Shown: in pieces, positions 39,078 through 47,634 of the stretch
Position numbering within the stretch: position 1 is the stretch's first letter
Layout of the letters: each line of letters opens with the position of its first letter
Origin: a virus
Taxonomy: Duplodnaviria; Heunggongvirae; Uroviricota; Caudoviricetes
Reading direction: 5' to 3' (one strand)
Length of the DNA: 64,000 nucleotides
Virus record (IMG/VR): IMGVR_UViG_3300010356_003454
Location: 8,820-72,819 of that record
Position numbers and translations under genes: made by a program
The notes under the pieces: model-generated
Databases searched by the model: none
The model's input: only the letters and a program-made list of their open reading frames with translations
Told to the model about the DNA's origin: nothing

Positions 39078-39410
39078 TTATTTACTTTTCCAGATTTTTA
39101 ATCCTGGGAATCCACATTCAGGACAAGTTGTTCCTTCATGAATTTGATTTTGATTACCTCCGCATGTTTTACACTTGGAATGTTTTTTAACGTATTCTTG
39201 CAAATTAGCATAATTATCTAATAATACGCCTATTTGACTTTTTAAGTTTTTAATAGTTGCTTGAAGTTCTCCAACTCGTGTTCCGTCACCACACGAGCAT
39301 TTATACATGCCCTTTTGGGGATCCGCATCAATCGGAAATTCTATTTTTCCATCACAAAAAGAACAGATGTTTTCTTTATTGTAATATTTTTCCTCTTTTT
39401 TAAATCCCAT
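39078..39410 (-). CDS. Zinc-ribbon / coiled-coil protein
   Basis: CSFC, CSCG, CKTCG and CPECG pairs. Confidence 0.65.
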   Translation of the reverse strand: MGFKKEEKYYNKENICSFCDGKIEFPIDADPQKGMYKCSCGDGTRVGELQATIKNLKSQIGVLLDNYANLQEYVKKHSKCKTCGGNQNQIHEGTTCPECGFPGLKIWKSK

Positions 39411-39793
39411 TATTTTTTATTTAAAGTATCTCTTTCTGCCCCTTTAATTTCAATAGTGGTATTTGTGCGGATTCTTTCCGCAGTTCTTTGTACTGCTTCT
39501 GCTCTTCTTTGAGCTTCATCTACCTTAATACCCGCAATTTTTAAATCTGTAGTAAGATCTTTAATAAGAAATTCTCTAGTTAGGATCTCGTTATCTAAAG
39601 AATCTATTATGAAATTTTTCTCTTTTATGATTTGATCTTTTATTTGTAATAATGAATCGCATTGCTCGGATAGATTTTTATTCTGAATCCTAATAGTAGC
39701 TTTTCGATTGCAGCTCTGGAAGGACTTTATAAAGAACAAAAACACTAATGCTAATGTAATCCACTTAAGATTTTTCTTAAGCCATTTTTCCAT
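39410..39793 (-). CDS. Membrane-anchored coiled-coil protein (i-spanin-like)
   Basis: N-terminal TM (WITLALVFLFFI) followed by coiled coil. Confidence 0.5.
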   Translation of the reverse strand: MEKWLKKNLKWITLALVFLFFIKSFQSCNRKATIRIQNKNLSEQCDSLLQIKDQIIKEKNFIIDSLDNEILTREFLIKDLTTDLKIAGIKVDEAQRRAEAVQRTAERIRTNTTIEIKGAERDTLNKK

Positions 39794-39903
39794 AATTATC
39801 TTTTTATGTTATATATTTCTATTCTACTATCTATCCTATATTATACAAAAAAAGGAAACCCTGGTTTTAGGATTTCCTCTAATTTTATAATTAAATAAGG
39901 ATA

Positions 39904-40321
39904 TTATCTCTCTTTTTCTACAAATTCGATGACTTTAGTTTCGGCTTTTTGCAGATTTTTTGTAGATTTTTTTCCGGAGGTCCAAGGATCATTGTGAGTT
40001 TCACACTGATCTAGATAATAGGTATCTGTATACCATGTTCCATCAGGATAATCCCAATCTTCTATTGCCCACTCTGTTATCTGGCCTGGCTTCATCTGGT
40101 ATGTAGTAGACTGACCATTGCTAAGCCTTCTCTCATCATTGAAATCGCTACCTGCTTGAGTTACATCTACCCAAATTGTCTGTCCGGTTCGGTTAGTTAC
40201 AATTACGGTTCCGAAATTATCCCTTTCGCAAGCTTCCTGTTTTTCGCAGGATAATATAATAGTCAATGTAGCAAGAGCTAGCGAGGCAAAAAGAGTTTTA
40301 AATAAATTTAGTTTTTTTCAT
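39904..40321 (-). pseudogene. Lipoprotein with a one-base frameshift in an A7 run right after ATG
   Basis: Removing one A from 40312-40318 gives MKKLNLFKTLFASLALATLTIILS-CEKQEAC, a typical lipoprotein signal; as given, the ATG frame stops after 7 codons. Confidence 0.6.
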
Positions 40322-40335
40322 CTTTTTTATTTTTA

Positions 40336-40809
40336 TTAGTTACCAAATAGGACGAATCCTAGATTAAATTCAAATGTGAATGCGTTTCCATCAGGACACC
40401 ATCCATATCCCACTCCTGCTCGAGACCAAACTCCTCCTGCATCATATTTCATACCTATTGTTGCAATAGTCATAGGCGATGTGAATTCGCCCCCCCAGCT
40501 ATCTTCATAACGAAATCCTTGAGAAGCTTCTGCAAGAGACACATAGTAGGAGGATCCATATTCGCCTGCTTTAGCAGTATAATAAGTTATTACTCCTGAA
40601 AAGGAGTGAATTCTTTCTCCAGACATTGGCATCTTAGTTGGCATCCAGCCACCGGCGAGACCAAAGTTTCCAAATTGTGCTTCGGCGCCAAGAACGCCAT
40701 ACGACCAAGAGTAACCTCCCTGAACGCTAAAGTTCATTGGAGTTTGAGAGTTTGCTGTAAATACACTAAGCATAAACAGCATGACAATTGCAGAAAAGAT
40801 TTTTTTCAT
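40336..40809 (-). CDS. Outer-membrane beta-barrel protein
   Basis: Sec signal MKKIFSAIVMLFMLSVFTANS, alternating Gly/aromatic strands, terminal FEFNLGFVLF. Confidence 0.7.
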   Translation of the reverse strand: MKKIFSAIVMLFMLSVFTANSQTPMNFSVQGGYSWSYGVLGAEAQFGNFGLAGGWMPTKMPMSGERIHSFSGVITYYTAKAGEYGSSYYVSLAEASQGFRYEDSWGGEFTSPMTIATIGMKYDAGGVWSRAGVGYGWCPDGNAFTFEFNLGFVLFGN

Positions 40810-40908
40810 GTAATTCTATTTTTAATTAATTGCAAATAACTATACCTAATAATACAAAAAAAACCCCTTAGGTTGTTCTAAGGGTTCCCGTTAAAAAATT
40901 GTTAAAGA

Positions 40909-41511
40909 TTATTCTTGCACTGCTTTATCCTCTTCTTCAGGTACTTCTGGCTCCACCTCAAGATAAAAGCCTTGAACCATTGCAGCATACTTATCTTGAA
41001 GGAACTGAATATCTTTAAGTTCCGCTCTTGCTGAAGCTATCTGTTTTCCTATAGCATCAAAACATTTAGCATATACTTCATTTTCCTGCTCAAAGTCTAG
41101 AGCTGCCTGAAGTCCAACCCCTCCGGGATTCTGAAGAGAGTAGAACATAAATTCTAGGGCCTGATACCCAAGTTTTAGATGGGATTTGGGATTTGCTGTT
41201 AAGAATTTTTCTGCATCATCTAGTTCTTCCTGCATCTTAATAACTCCCATCCAACCATTCTTCGACCAGAATAGCCTGGCCCTAACAAAATGCTGAAGAT
41301 AGGCTAGCATTTCTGATGCATCTGCTTCCTCACCTATGTTCCAGGATTTTACAGAAAAATCTCTCGAAGCCTCTTCGAATTCTTTTTTAGCCTCTTCAAC
41401 CTCTTCGTCACTAGGTTTATTTGGATTATCTTGTATAGCTTCTGCAAGCTTTTCATCAAGTTCTTTTACATTATTGATCTCTAGTTCAGCTGGTTTTTCT
41501 TTTTTTGCCAT
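40909..41511 (-). CDS. Hypothetical protein
   Basis: 200-aa acidic helical ORF. Confidence 0.65.
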   Translation of the reverse strand: MAKKEKPAELEINNVKELDEKLAEAIQDNPNKPSDEEVEEAKKEFEEASRDFSVKSWNIGEEADASEMLAYLQHFVRARLFWSKNGWMGVIKMQEELDDAEKFLTANPKSHLKLGYQALEFMFYSLQNPGGVGLQAALDFEQENEVYAKCFDAIGKQIASARAELKDIQFLQDKYAAMVQGFYLEVEPEVPEEEDKAVQE

Positions 41512-41525
41512 AATTTCTATTATTT

Positions 41526-41930
41526 TTATTCTATTACTGCTACTCTAATTATATTTCCCGAATGAAAGATTGTTCCAGGATGTTCTGGATCCACATAAAA
41601 AACGATACAGGAAGCCTCCTTATTTTTATCAAAAAAGTCTTGGAGACCGAAATATCTTCCAAGCCTTAACGATTGAGACTGGAAAAATTTAGTATTATCT
41701 CCGCCAATATTTATTACCTTTCCCTCTTCCTCAATAAAGACTTTAGTTCCAAAATCTGATGATTCCACCTCATGAGGGAGAACGATAAGATTTTCCATAT
41801 CAAATACAAATGTAGGACCTTTTGTAAAATCAACCGCTCCATCAAATTCATATTCTCCTAATTCTCTCTTTAAAGCCTCATTATCTGGATCAATAATTGA
41901 TAGAAGCTTATATTTCTTCCTAAATTTCAT
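41526..41930 (-). CDS. Hypothetical protein
   Basis: 134-aa ORF with late-promoter motif upstream. Confidence 0.6.
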   Translation of the reverse strand: MKFRKKYKLLSIIDPDNEALKRELGEYEFDGAVDFTKGPTFVFDMENLIVLPHEVESSDFGTKVFIEEEGKVINIGGDNTKFFQSQSLRLGRYFGLQDFFDKNKEASCIVFYVDPEHPGTIFHSGNIIRVAVIE

Positions 41931-42000
41931 GATACAACTTTTATTGTTATAGATATATCCCCCTAAATAGTTTTAGGATATATAAATAAAACAGTACTTA

Positions 42001-42573
42001 ATGATTCTAAATTCATTAAATAATCAATTTGTAGTTCAGTTTCCTAAGGGATTCTTCTATCCCGAGATAGTAGCTAAGTGGGAACCGGTAGTTCAGAGAT
42101 TAAAGCTTCCACATCAAACTATGGAGGATTTTATCAATGCTACAGTTCAGAGTGTCACATTTCCAAGTGTAGAACTTCCTCCAGTAGAGCAGGGTCAGGG
42201 ACAGTTTAAAATTCAGTACAGACCAGGAAAGGAACTTGAACCTCTCCTAGAAAAGAATCTAACAGTTACTTTTAAGCTTTCTGAAGGATTTATTTCTTAT
42301 TGGATACTTTTTGAACAGGTAGAGTCTTTTATCGAATATAGAGAGTCTCTTCCATTCTGGCCTCCAATGTATGTCTCATTTTTGGATCATAAGGGATTTG
42401 AACTAGTAGCATTCTCATTTGAGAAGATAATTCCGTTATCACTTTCCCAATTTGAGATATCATATGCTCAGACTGCAGCTGAATTTAATACATTTAATAT
42501 GACCTTAAGATATAATAGGTATAATATTAAAAGACGTATTGATGATAATAACTATTCAAAAAATAATTCATAA
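42001..42573 (+). CDS. Tail-tube-fold protein (T4 gp3/gp54-like)
   Basis: NNQFVVQFP..QSVTFPSVEL..PG..LTVTFKLSE.F.SYW..F..F.EFNMTLRY pattern. Confidence 0.6.
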   Translation: MILNSLNNQFVVQFPKGFFYPEIVAKWEPVVQRLKLPHQTMEDFINATVQSVTFPSVELPPVEQGQGQFKIQYRPGKELEPLLEKNLTVTFKLSEGFISYWILFEQVESFIEYRESLPFWPPMYVSFLDHKGFELVAFSFEKIIPLSLSQFEISYAQTAAEFNTFNMTLRYNRYNIKRRIDDNNYSKNNS

Positions 42574-43022
42574 TGAAAAAACTTGTCAATGAGAGCCTAA
42601 ACGAATTTATGGGGCAAGAGATCTCTACAAAGAAGGGATTCTTTACAAATATTGAGAAGGATACTCTTGAGAATGAAAAATTTCGCAAAGTCTTATATAC
42701 AGGGGAGAATATCCAGTTAGTTCTTATGACTTTAGCTCCAAATGAAGAGATCGGACAAGAAGTTCATGAAAATGATCAGTTCTTCCGTTTTGAAGGTGGT
42801 GAGGGAAAGGTTACAGTTAATAATTCAGAATATAGAGTTAAAGATGGAGATTGTGTTATTATACCAGCAGGATCCGAACATAATATTATAAATACAGGAT
42901 CCGAACCCTTTAAGATGTATACACTATATGCTCCCCCTCATCATAAAGATGGCACAATTCATAAAACTAAGGAAGAAGCAGTAGAGAAGGAAGAGGAATT
43001 TGACGGAAAAACCTCTGAATAA
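42573..43022 (+). CDS. Cupin-domain protein
   Basis: QLVLMTL.P.EEIG.EVH..DQFFRFEGG.G..GD.V.IPAG.EHNI..LYA.PHH; N-terminal MKKLVNESLNE leader. Confidence 0.85.
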   Translation: MKKLVNESLNEFMGQEISTKKGFFTNIEKDTLENEKFRKVLYTGENIQLVLMTLAPNEEIGQEVHENDQFFRFEGGEGKVTVNNSEYRVKDGDCVIIPAGSEHNIINTGSEPFKMYTLYAPPHHKDGTIHKTKEEAVEKEEEFDGKTSE

Positions 43023-43050
43023 ATATAGAAATAAAGATAATAAAGATATT

Positions 43051-43422
43051 ATGGAAAAGAGACTAAGTCGCCCAGCTTTCGCCAATGAATCAGAAGAGAT
43101 CCCAACTTATTTAGATTTCAAATATGCATTATCTTCGAAGATATTCGAAGCTCAAGAAGTTGCTGGAAGTACTCCAGAGCAACTTCAGGCAGCTGAAGAT
43201 GCATATAATAAGATAGTAGAGGGCCTACAGAAAGGGGAGGATATTGACGAGGGACTCTTGGGAGCTCTCGCGGGAGGCGCAGCAGGAGCTCTGGCAGGAC
43301 CTGCAATAGGAAGAGCTATTTGTAATGTTCTTGGAATTGATCAAAATGGAACTCTGGGCAGATTATTAACTTCTAGATTAGTATCAACTGCTCTTGGATA
43401 TGCTATTGGTAAGGGAAAATAG
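43051..43422 (+). CDS. Glycine-zipper protein
   Basis: DIDE-GLLGALAGGAAGALAGPAIG; ATG at 43051 preferred. Confidence 0.65.
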   Translation: MEKRLSRPAFANESEEIPTYLDFKYALSSKIFEAQEVAGSTPEQLQAAEDAYNKIVEGLQKGEDIDEGLLGALAGGAAGALAGPAIGRAICNVLGIDQNGTLGRLLTSRLVSTALGYAIGKGK

Positions 43423-43431
43423 ATATGAATT

Positions 43432-43635
43432 ATGAAAGCAAAATTAGTTAGGGAATCTCTTAATGAGTATTATGGGAGGAAGAAATATTTTGACGGCCAT
43501 CCTCTATCAAAATATAATGCGGATGGGAGTGAAAGGGATCCTTATGAATTATCAGATCAAACCGTTAATGGGAAAAGATTAACATGGGATGAATTTTGGG
43601 ACTGGTACGAAAGAGAGGGGGAGACCGATTATTAG
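43432..43635 (+). CDS. Small hypothetical protein with MKAKLVRESLNE leader
   Basis: Leader motif shared with neighbouring genes. Confidence 0.6.
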   Translation: MKAKLVRESLNEYYGRKKYFDGHPLSKYNADGSERDPYELSDQTVNGKRLTWDEFWDWYEREGETDY

Positions 43636-43658
43636 TAGAAACGCCAAATACAAAATAA

Positions 43659-44279
43659 ATGAGAATAATAGGATTTGACTTTAGTATAAATAAGCCAGCC
43701 GCTTGCATTTACGAAAACAACAATTATGAATTCTATTCTTGGCCATTCGGGCTAAGTGAAAAAATCAAAGAAATTTATCGAGAAGCCGGAGTTCACCTAT
43801 TTAATAGGGAGGATGAAAAGTATAAGGGAACAGACTCTTCTGAAAAAATGAGAAAGGATGTTAGTAATGCTGCTTATCTATCCGATTTAATAATATCAAG
43901 TCTCCCAGATGGGGACCTGTCTAATGATCAAATAGTTTTCGAGGGATTATCTTTTGGCTCAACGGGAAACGTGGTTCTTCAACTAGGAGGATATAAATAT
44001 ATTCTTATGAAAGATTTATATGATGAGTGTGTTCCCTGGGAAAATATGACCACTTATGCTCCTATAACTCTAAAGAAAACTGCTGGAGCTTCAAAGAAGG
44101 GAATGGGAAAAGCAGAAATGATAGAATCATTTTTAGAAAGATCCTCTTGTCCTTTTGCGGAATTTATTAATAAAGATAGATTTCTATTTCAAAAGAAGAC
44201 TGGAACCTGGATTGATCATTTGGATGATTTAGTGGACTCTTTCTGGGCAGTAGAGACATTTAGAGAGAAGAATGGATAA
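43659..44279 (+). CDS. RuvC-like (RNase H fold) Holliday junction resolvase
   Basis: IIGFDFS, IVFEGLSFG, KKTAG..K..M, DDLVDSFWA. Confidence 0.75.
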   Translation: MRIIGFDFSINKPAACIYENNNYEFYSWPFGLSEKIKEIYREAGVHLFNREDEKYKGTDSSEKMRKDVSNAAYLSDLIISSLPDGDLSNDQIVFEGLSFGSTGNVVLQLGGYKYILMKDLYDECVPWENMTTYAPITLKKTAGASKKGMGKAEMIESFLERSSCPFAEFINKDRFLFQKKTGTWIDHLDDLVDSFWAVETFREKNG

Positions 44280-44411
44280 ATTCCTACTAAGATACTAAGT
44301 TATCTTCTTTCCTGAGTGCTTAAGCTCTAATTTTATGCTCCAATAAAAAAAAGTTTTAAAGTCCAAGTTAAAAATCCGTTAGCAATTTAACGTTTTTTAA
44401 CGGTTAGAATC

Positions 44412-44441
44412 TTTGTACTTAGCGAGGATTTATTATATTTG
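44412..44441 (+). promoter_or_regulatory. Bacteroidota sigma-A-type promoter
   Basis: TTTG (44412-15), 18-nt spacer, TATATTTG (44434-41) matches the established TTTG / TAnnTTTG consensus; 4 nt upstream of the tRNA-like element. Confidence 0.65.
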
Positions 44442-44445
44442 TATT

Positions 44446-44523
44446 GGCCTAGCTCCGATAGATGCTAGCCTATCGAGAGACCGGGAACTCAAAAAGCTGG
44501 GGGTTCGAATCCCTCCAAGGCCA
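44446..44523 (+). ncRNA. tRNA-like RNA lacking a canonical anticodon arm
   Basis: Acceptor stem GGCCTAG/CAAGGCC (1 mismatch) plus discriminator A; T-arm GGGGG-TTCGAAT-CCCTC; 6-bp CGATAG/CTATCG hairpin; no 5-bp anticodon stem; no encoded CCA. Confidence 0.6.
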
Positions 44524-44547
44524 CAAAGATAATTAAAATTTAGAGAT

Positions 44548-44730
44548 ATGATTTACTCAAGATCCGAAATGATAGACATGCTTTACGCAGGATATGGGGA
44601 CAGTGAAGTTATTGCTGAACTTAAGAAAGATCTGATGAAAATGACCGATGAAGAATTTATGGATCTCTGCAAAAAAAGTCATATTCATTTAAATTTACTC
44701 CGGAAGAATACCTATTACTGGGCTCGTTAA
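44548..44730 (+). CDS. Hypothetical protein
   Basis: 60-aa ORF after the tRNA-like element. Confidence 0.55.
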   Translation: MIYSRSEMIDMLYAGYGDSEVIAELKKDLMKMTDEEFMDLCKKSHIHLNLLRKNTYYWAR

Positions 44731-44802
44731 AAAAATGTTAAAGGATAGAAATACCTTCCTTTAATCCCTCTTCGTTCATATAAATAATAAAAACAGACTA
44801 TT

Positions 44803-45126
44803 ATGAATGAAGATAAAGCAAAAATCTTTTTAGATAGAATTCTAAATCGGATTGACTCAGGCGAATTTGATGAGCATTTGAATATTCCATTTGCCTCCAG
44901 AAAACTCTTGAAATCCTTAGTCGAGAGTAAAATGGCAAAGAAAGTAGAAACTGGTTCTACCCCAGTTTTATCAGATACGGATCTTTGGCATTGTGTAGAA
45001 GAGGTAAGAGAAACTGCAGCTCATACAGCATCCATATTTTTTGAAAAGGGACTTCTGGTTAAAGATGAAAATGGTGTAGTTGGAATTAATCCAAAATTGG
45101 AAAAATTACTGAATCCTTCTTCGTAA
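44803..45126 (+). CDS. Hypothetical protein
   Basis: 107-aa ORF with TATAAATA upstream. Confidence 0.65.
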   Translation: MNEDKAKIFLDRILNRIDSGEFDEHLNIPFASRKLLKSLVESKMAKKVETGSTPVLSDTDLWHCVEEVRETAAHTASIFFEKGLLVKDENGVVGINPKLEKLLNPSS

Positions 45127-45313
45127 GCCATTCTGGAATATAGAGGCTATCAATAGGGATGCTATCATTTGAAAATTCCATGATGGATTCTAACATATCT
45201 TTTCTGAATTTGTCATGGGAATTTTCTTTTTTTGGATGTGCCGAAGGTCTAAATCCTAAAATAAATATTCCAATAATAGCGGGAAGAATTAGATAAATTT
45301 GTATTTTTTTCAT
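45086..45313 (-). CDS. Small secreted/membrane protein
   Basis: MKKIQIYLILPAIIGIFILG signal-like N-terminus. Confidence 0.5.
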   Translation of the reverse strand: MKKIQIYLILPAIIGIFILGFRPSAHPKKENSHDKFRKDMLESIMEFSNDSIPIDSLYIPEWLTKKDSVIFPILD

Positions 45314-45400
45314 AATTTATAATTTATATTTCTAGCTATCTATGAGGAAAAAGTGTATTAGCAAATGGTTAATTTTCTATTACGAATCGGTTAAATTATT

Positions 45401-45802
45401 ATGAAAGTATCGTTCGATTTTGATAGTACGTTGGAATTAAAATCTATTCAGGAATATGCGGAGGAACTTATCCATCGAGGAGTTGAAGTTTGGGTTGTAA
45501 CATCTCGTTTTGGAGATGATGAATTATATCGAAGATTTTTTCACACCTCAACGAATGTGGATCTTACGAATAGGGATCTCAGAGAAGTTACCAACAGATT
45601 AGGAATTCCCGAAGATCGAATCCATTTTACGAATATGAAGGATAAGTGGGAGTTTATAGAGAATAGAGGATTCATTTGGCATTTAGATGATGATTGGATT
45701 GAGAACGAAATGATAAATTCGAGAACTCTTACGAAGGGTATTGATGCTTTTGGAAATCCCAAATGGCGCGAGGAGTGTGAAAGCCTTTTAAAAAGGAGCT
45801 AA
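45401..45802 (+). CDS. HAD-superfamily phosphatase
   Basis: KVSFDFDSTL (motif I), VVTSR (II), K (III), HLDDD (IV). Confidence 0.85.
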   Translation: MKVSFDFDSTLELKSIQEYAEELIHRGVEVWVVTSRFGDDELYRRFFHTSTNVDLTNRDLREVTNRLGIPEDRIHFTNMKDKWEFIENRGFIWHLDDDWIENEMINSRTLTKGIDAFGNPKWREECESLLKRS

Positions 45803-45816
45803 ATGCTCCTTTTTTT
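45791..45816 (+). terminator. Intrinsic terminator
   Basis: GGAGC-taaat-GCTCC plus T run; same core as the one at 59398. Confidence 0.75.
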
Positions 45817-45871
45817 GTGAAAGTAAAGACCCATCTTTTTTATTAGAATATATAAAATAAAGAAATCGCTG

Positions 45872-46726
45872 ATGGATTTCCTTATGCAATTGTTGAGGTC
45901 TTTATTATCTTTATTTTCAAAAAAAGAAGAGGTTATCGAAGATGTAAAGCCAGAGACACCGGAACCGGAGGAGAAACCTTCGGAACCGGAAAACAAAAAT
46001 GAAGAGCCTATGTACGACTGGTCAAATTTAAAACCGCTAGATATTTCTGATTCTGATCTTGTTCAAGTAGATTGGCTAAAATATTATAAAGTTGAATGGC
46101 CAAAAGATCAGATAGTTCTGCATCATACTGTAAGCGGTCCGGGAATTCAAGGGGATTTAAATACCTGGAAGAATTTTACCTCCCATATAGCAACTTGTAT
46201 GATTGTTGAAAGAGGTGGAAAGATAAATCAATTATTCTCATCTAAGTATTGGGGGTATCATCTTGGAGCAGGAAAGACCTCTCTAGATCAGAGATCAATA
46301 GCTATTGAATTGGATAACTGGGGTGGATTATTCCTTGGAGATGGAAATAATAAGCAATTTGGAAAAAATGCAGATGGAACTCCTAGAATTATTAAAACTA
46401 TACAGGGAAAATTTTATACAGTTTACGGATCGGTAGTAGATGTTCCCGTAACTCATTATCCTGATGGATTCAGAGGATATTATTATTACGAATCCTATAC
46501 TTATGAGCAATTAAAGGCTATAGGCGAATTAATTCTTCTATGGAATCAGAGATTTGGTATTCCTCTAGACTATAAAGAGGATATGTGGGATGTATCACAA
46601 AAAGCTCTATCGGGGGAGAAGGGAGTTTGGACGCACGTTTCTTATAGAAAACCATCTGATAAACAAGATTGCCACCCCCAGCCTGAGCTTATCGACCTAT
46701 TGAAATATTTACATAAATTAGTATAA
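45872..46726 (+). CDS. N-acetylmuramoyl-L-alanine amidase (Amidase_2-like endolysin)
   Basis: QIVLHHT, SIAIELDNWG, VWTHVSYR..KQDCHP. Confidence 0.85.
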   Translation: MDFLMQLLRSLLSLFSKKEEVIEDVKPETPEPEEKPSEPENKNEEPMYDWSNLKPLDISDSDLVQVDWLKYYKVEWPKDQIVLHHTVSGPGIQGDLNTWKNFTSHIATCMIVERGGKINQLFSSKYWGYHLGAGKTSLDQRSIAIELDNWGGLFLGDGNNKQFGKNADGTPRIIKTIQGKFYTVYGSVVDVPVTHYPDGFRGYYYYESYTYEQLKAIGELILLWNQRFGIPLDYKEDMWDVSQKALSGEKGVWTHVSYRKPSDKQDCHPQPELIDLLKYLHKLV

Positions 46727-46727
46727 T

Positions 46728-47630
46728 ATGAAATTTATATCCTTAAATAGATGGCTAAACGAACAGACTCTTAGGGGAAATGTATCTGATCAGAGCAAAC
46801 CTGCAGAGGACGTTAAATACGGATGCGTTATGATGGACACAAAGATTCCAAATTGGGAGGAATATCATACTGCAGGCATTGATGAGGATGATGTTTATAT
46901 TAAGCCTCACGATAAATCATATGGACTTGAAACAGATCCTCACGTTACAGTAGTTTATGGAATCCATGAGGATGAAATAGATCCAGAGACAGTGGCTAGT
47001 GTTATTAAAGCAAATATGAAGCCCCTTACGGTAACTATTGATGAAATTGATATATTTGAAGGAGATGAATACGATGTGGTGAAATACAACGTTCCTGTAA
47101 ATGATCAGCTGCAGGAATATCGAGATCTTTTTTTAAAGTTTCCTAATACCCAAACATTTCCTGAATATCATCCTCACATGACTATTGCTTATGTTAAGCC
47201 GGGAGCGGGAAAGAAATATAAAAGAAAACTTCGAGATCCCTTTGAAGTTACTTTTACAGATGGGGTTTATTCATATCACGATAATCCGGATGATCCTGAA
47301 GATTTCACAAGAAAGGTCTATAATTTAGAGGACGGCGGGAAAAAGAAAAGGGTAGATGAAAATGTTGGATTTGAGAGGGGGGTGGAGCCTTATGAAGCAT
47401 TAGGGATTGGAGAAAAAAGATTTATAAATCAAGTTGTCAACAGGGTTTTTAATATTACAAAGAATTCAATTTGGAGCGAATATGGATATCCACCACCATC
47501 TAAAAAAGATATAGAAGAATGGGCGGAGAATTTAGCTTCTTATATAGGTATTGAAACCCTTGTTGAAGATGAAGATAGGGCTCTTAGCGATGCTTTTGAA
47601 GAACACTGGATGGAGAAAAATGAACAATAA
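46728..47630 (+). CDS. 2H phosphoesterase (T4 gp57B/Acb1-like) with leader and C-terminal module
   Basis: Two HxT motifs, PHVTVVY and TFPEYHPHMTIAY. Confidence 0.8.
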   Translation: MKFISLNRWLNEQTLRGNVSDQSKPAEDVKYGCVMMDTKIPNWEEYHTAGIDEDDVYIKPHDKSYGLETDPHVTVVYGIHEDEIDPETVASVIKANMKPLTVTIDEIDIFEGDEYDVVKYNVPVNDQLQEYRDLFLKFPNTQTFPEYHPHMTIAYVKPGAGKKYKRKLRDPFEVTFTDGVYSYHDNPDDPEDFTRKVYNLEDGGKKKRVDENVGFERGVEPYEALGIGEKRFINQVVNRVFNITKNSIWSEYGYPPPSKKDIEEWAENLASYIGIETLVEDEDRALSDAFEEHWMEKNEQ

Positions 47631-47634
47631 AGAT

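Noticed and set aside
44446-44523. Canonical tRNA-Leu(CAA) or tRNA-Sec
   Set aside because: No anticodon stem can form without breaking the T-stem, positions 8-9 are atypical and there is no long variable arm; kept as tRNA-like only.
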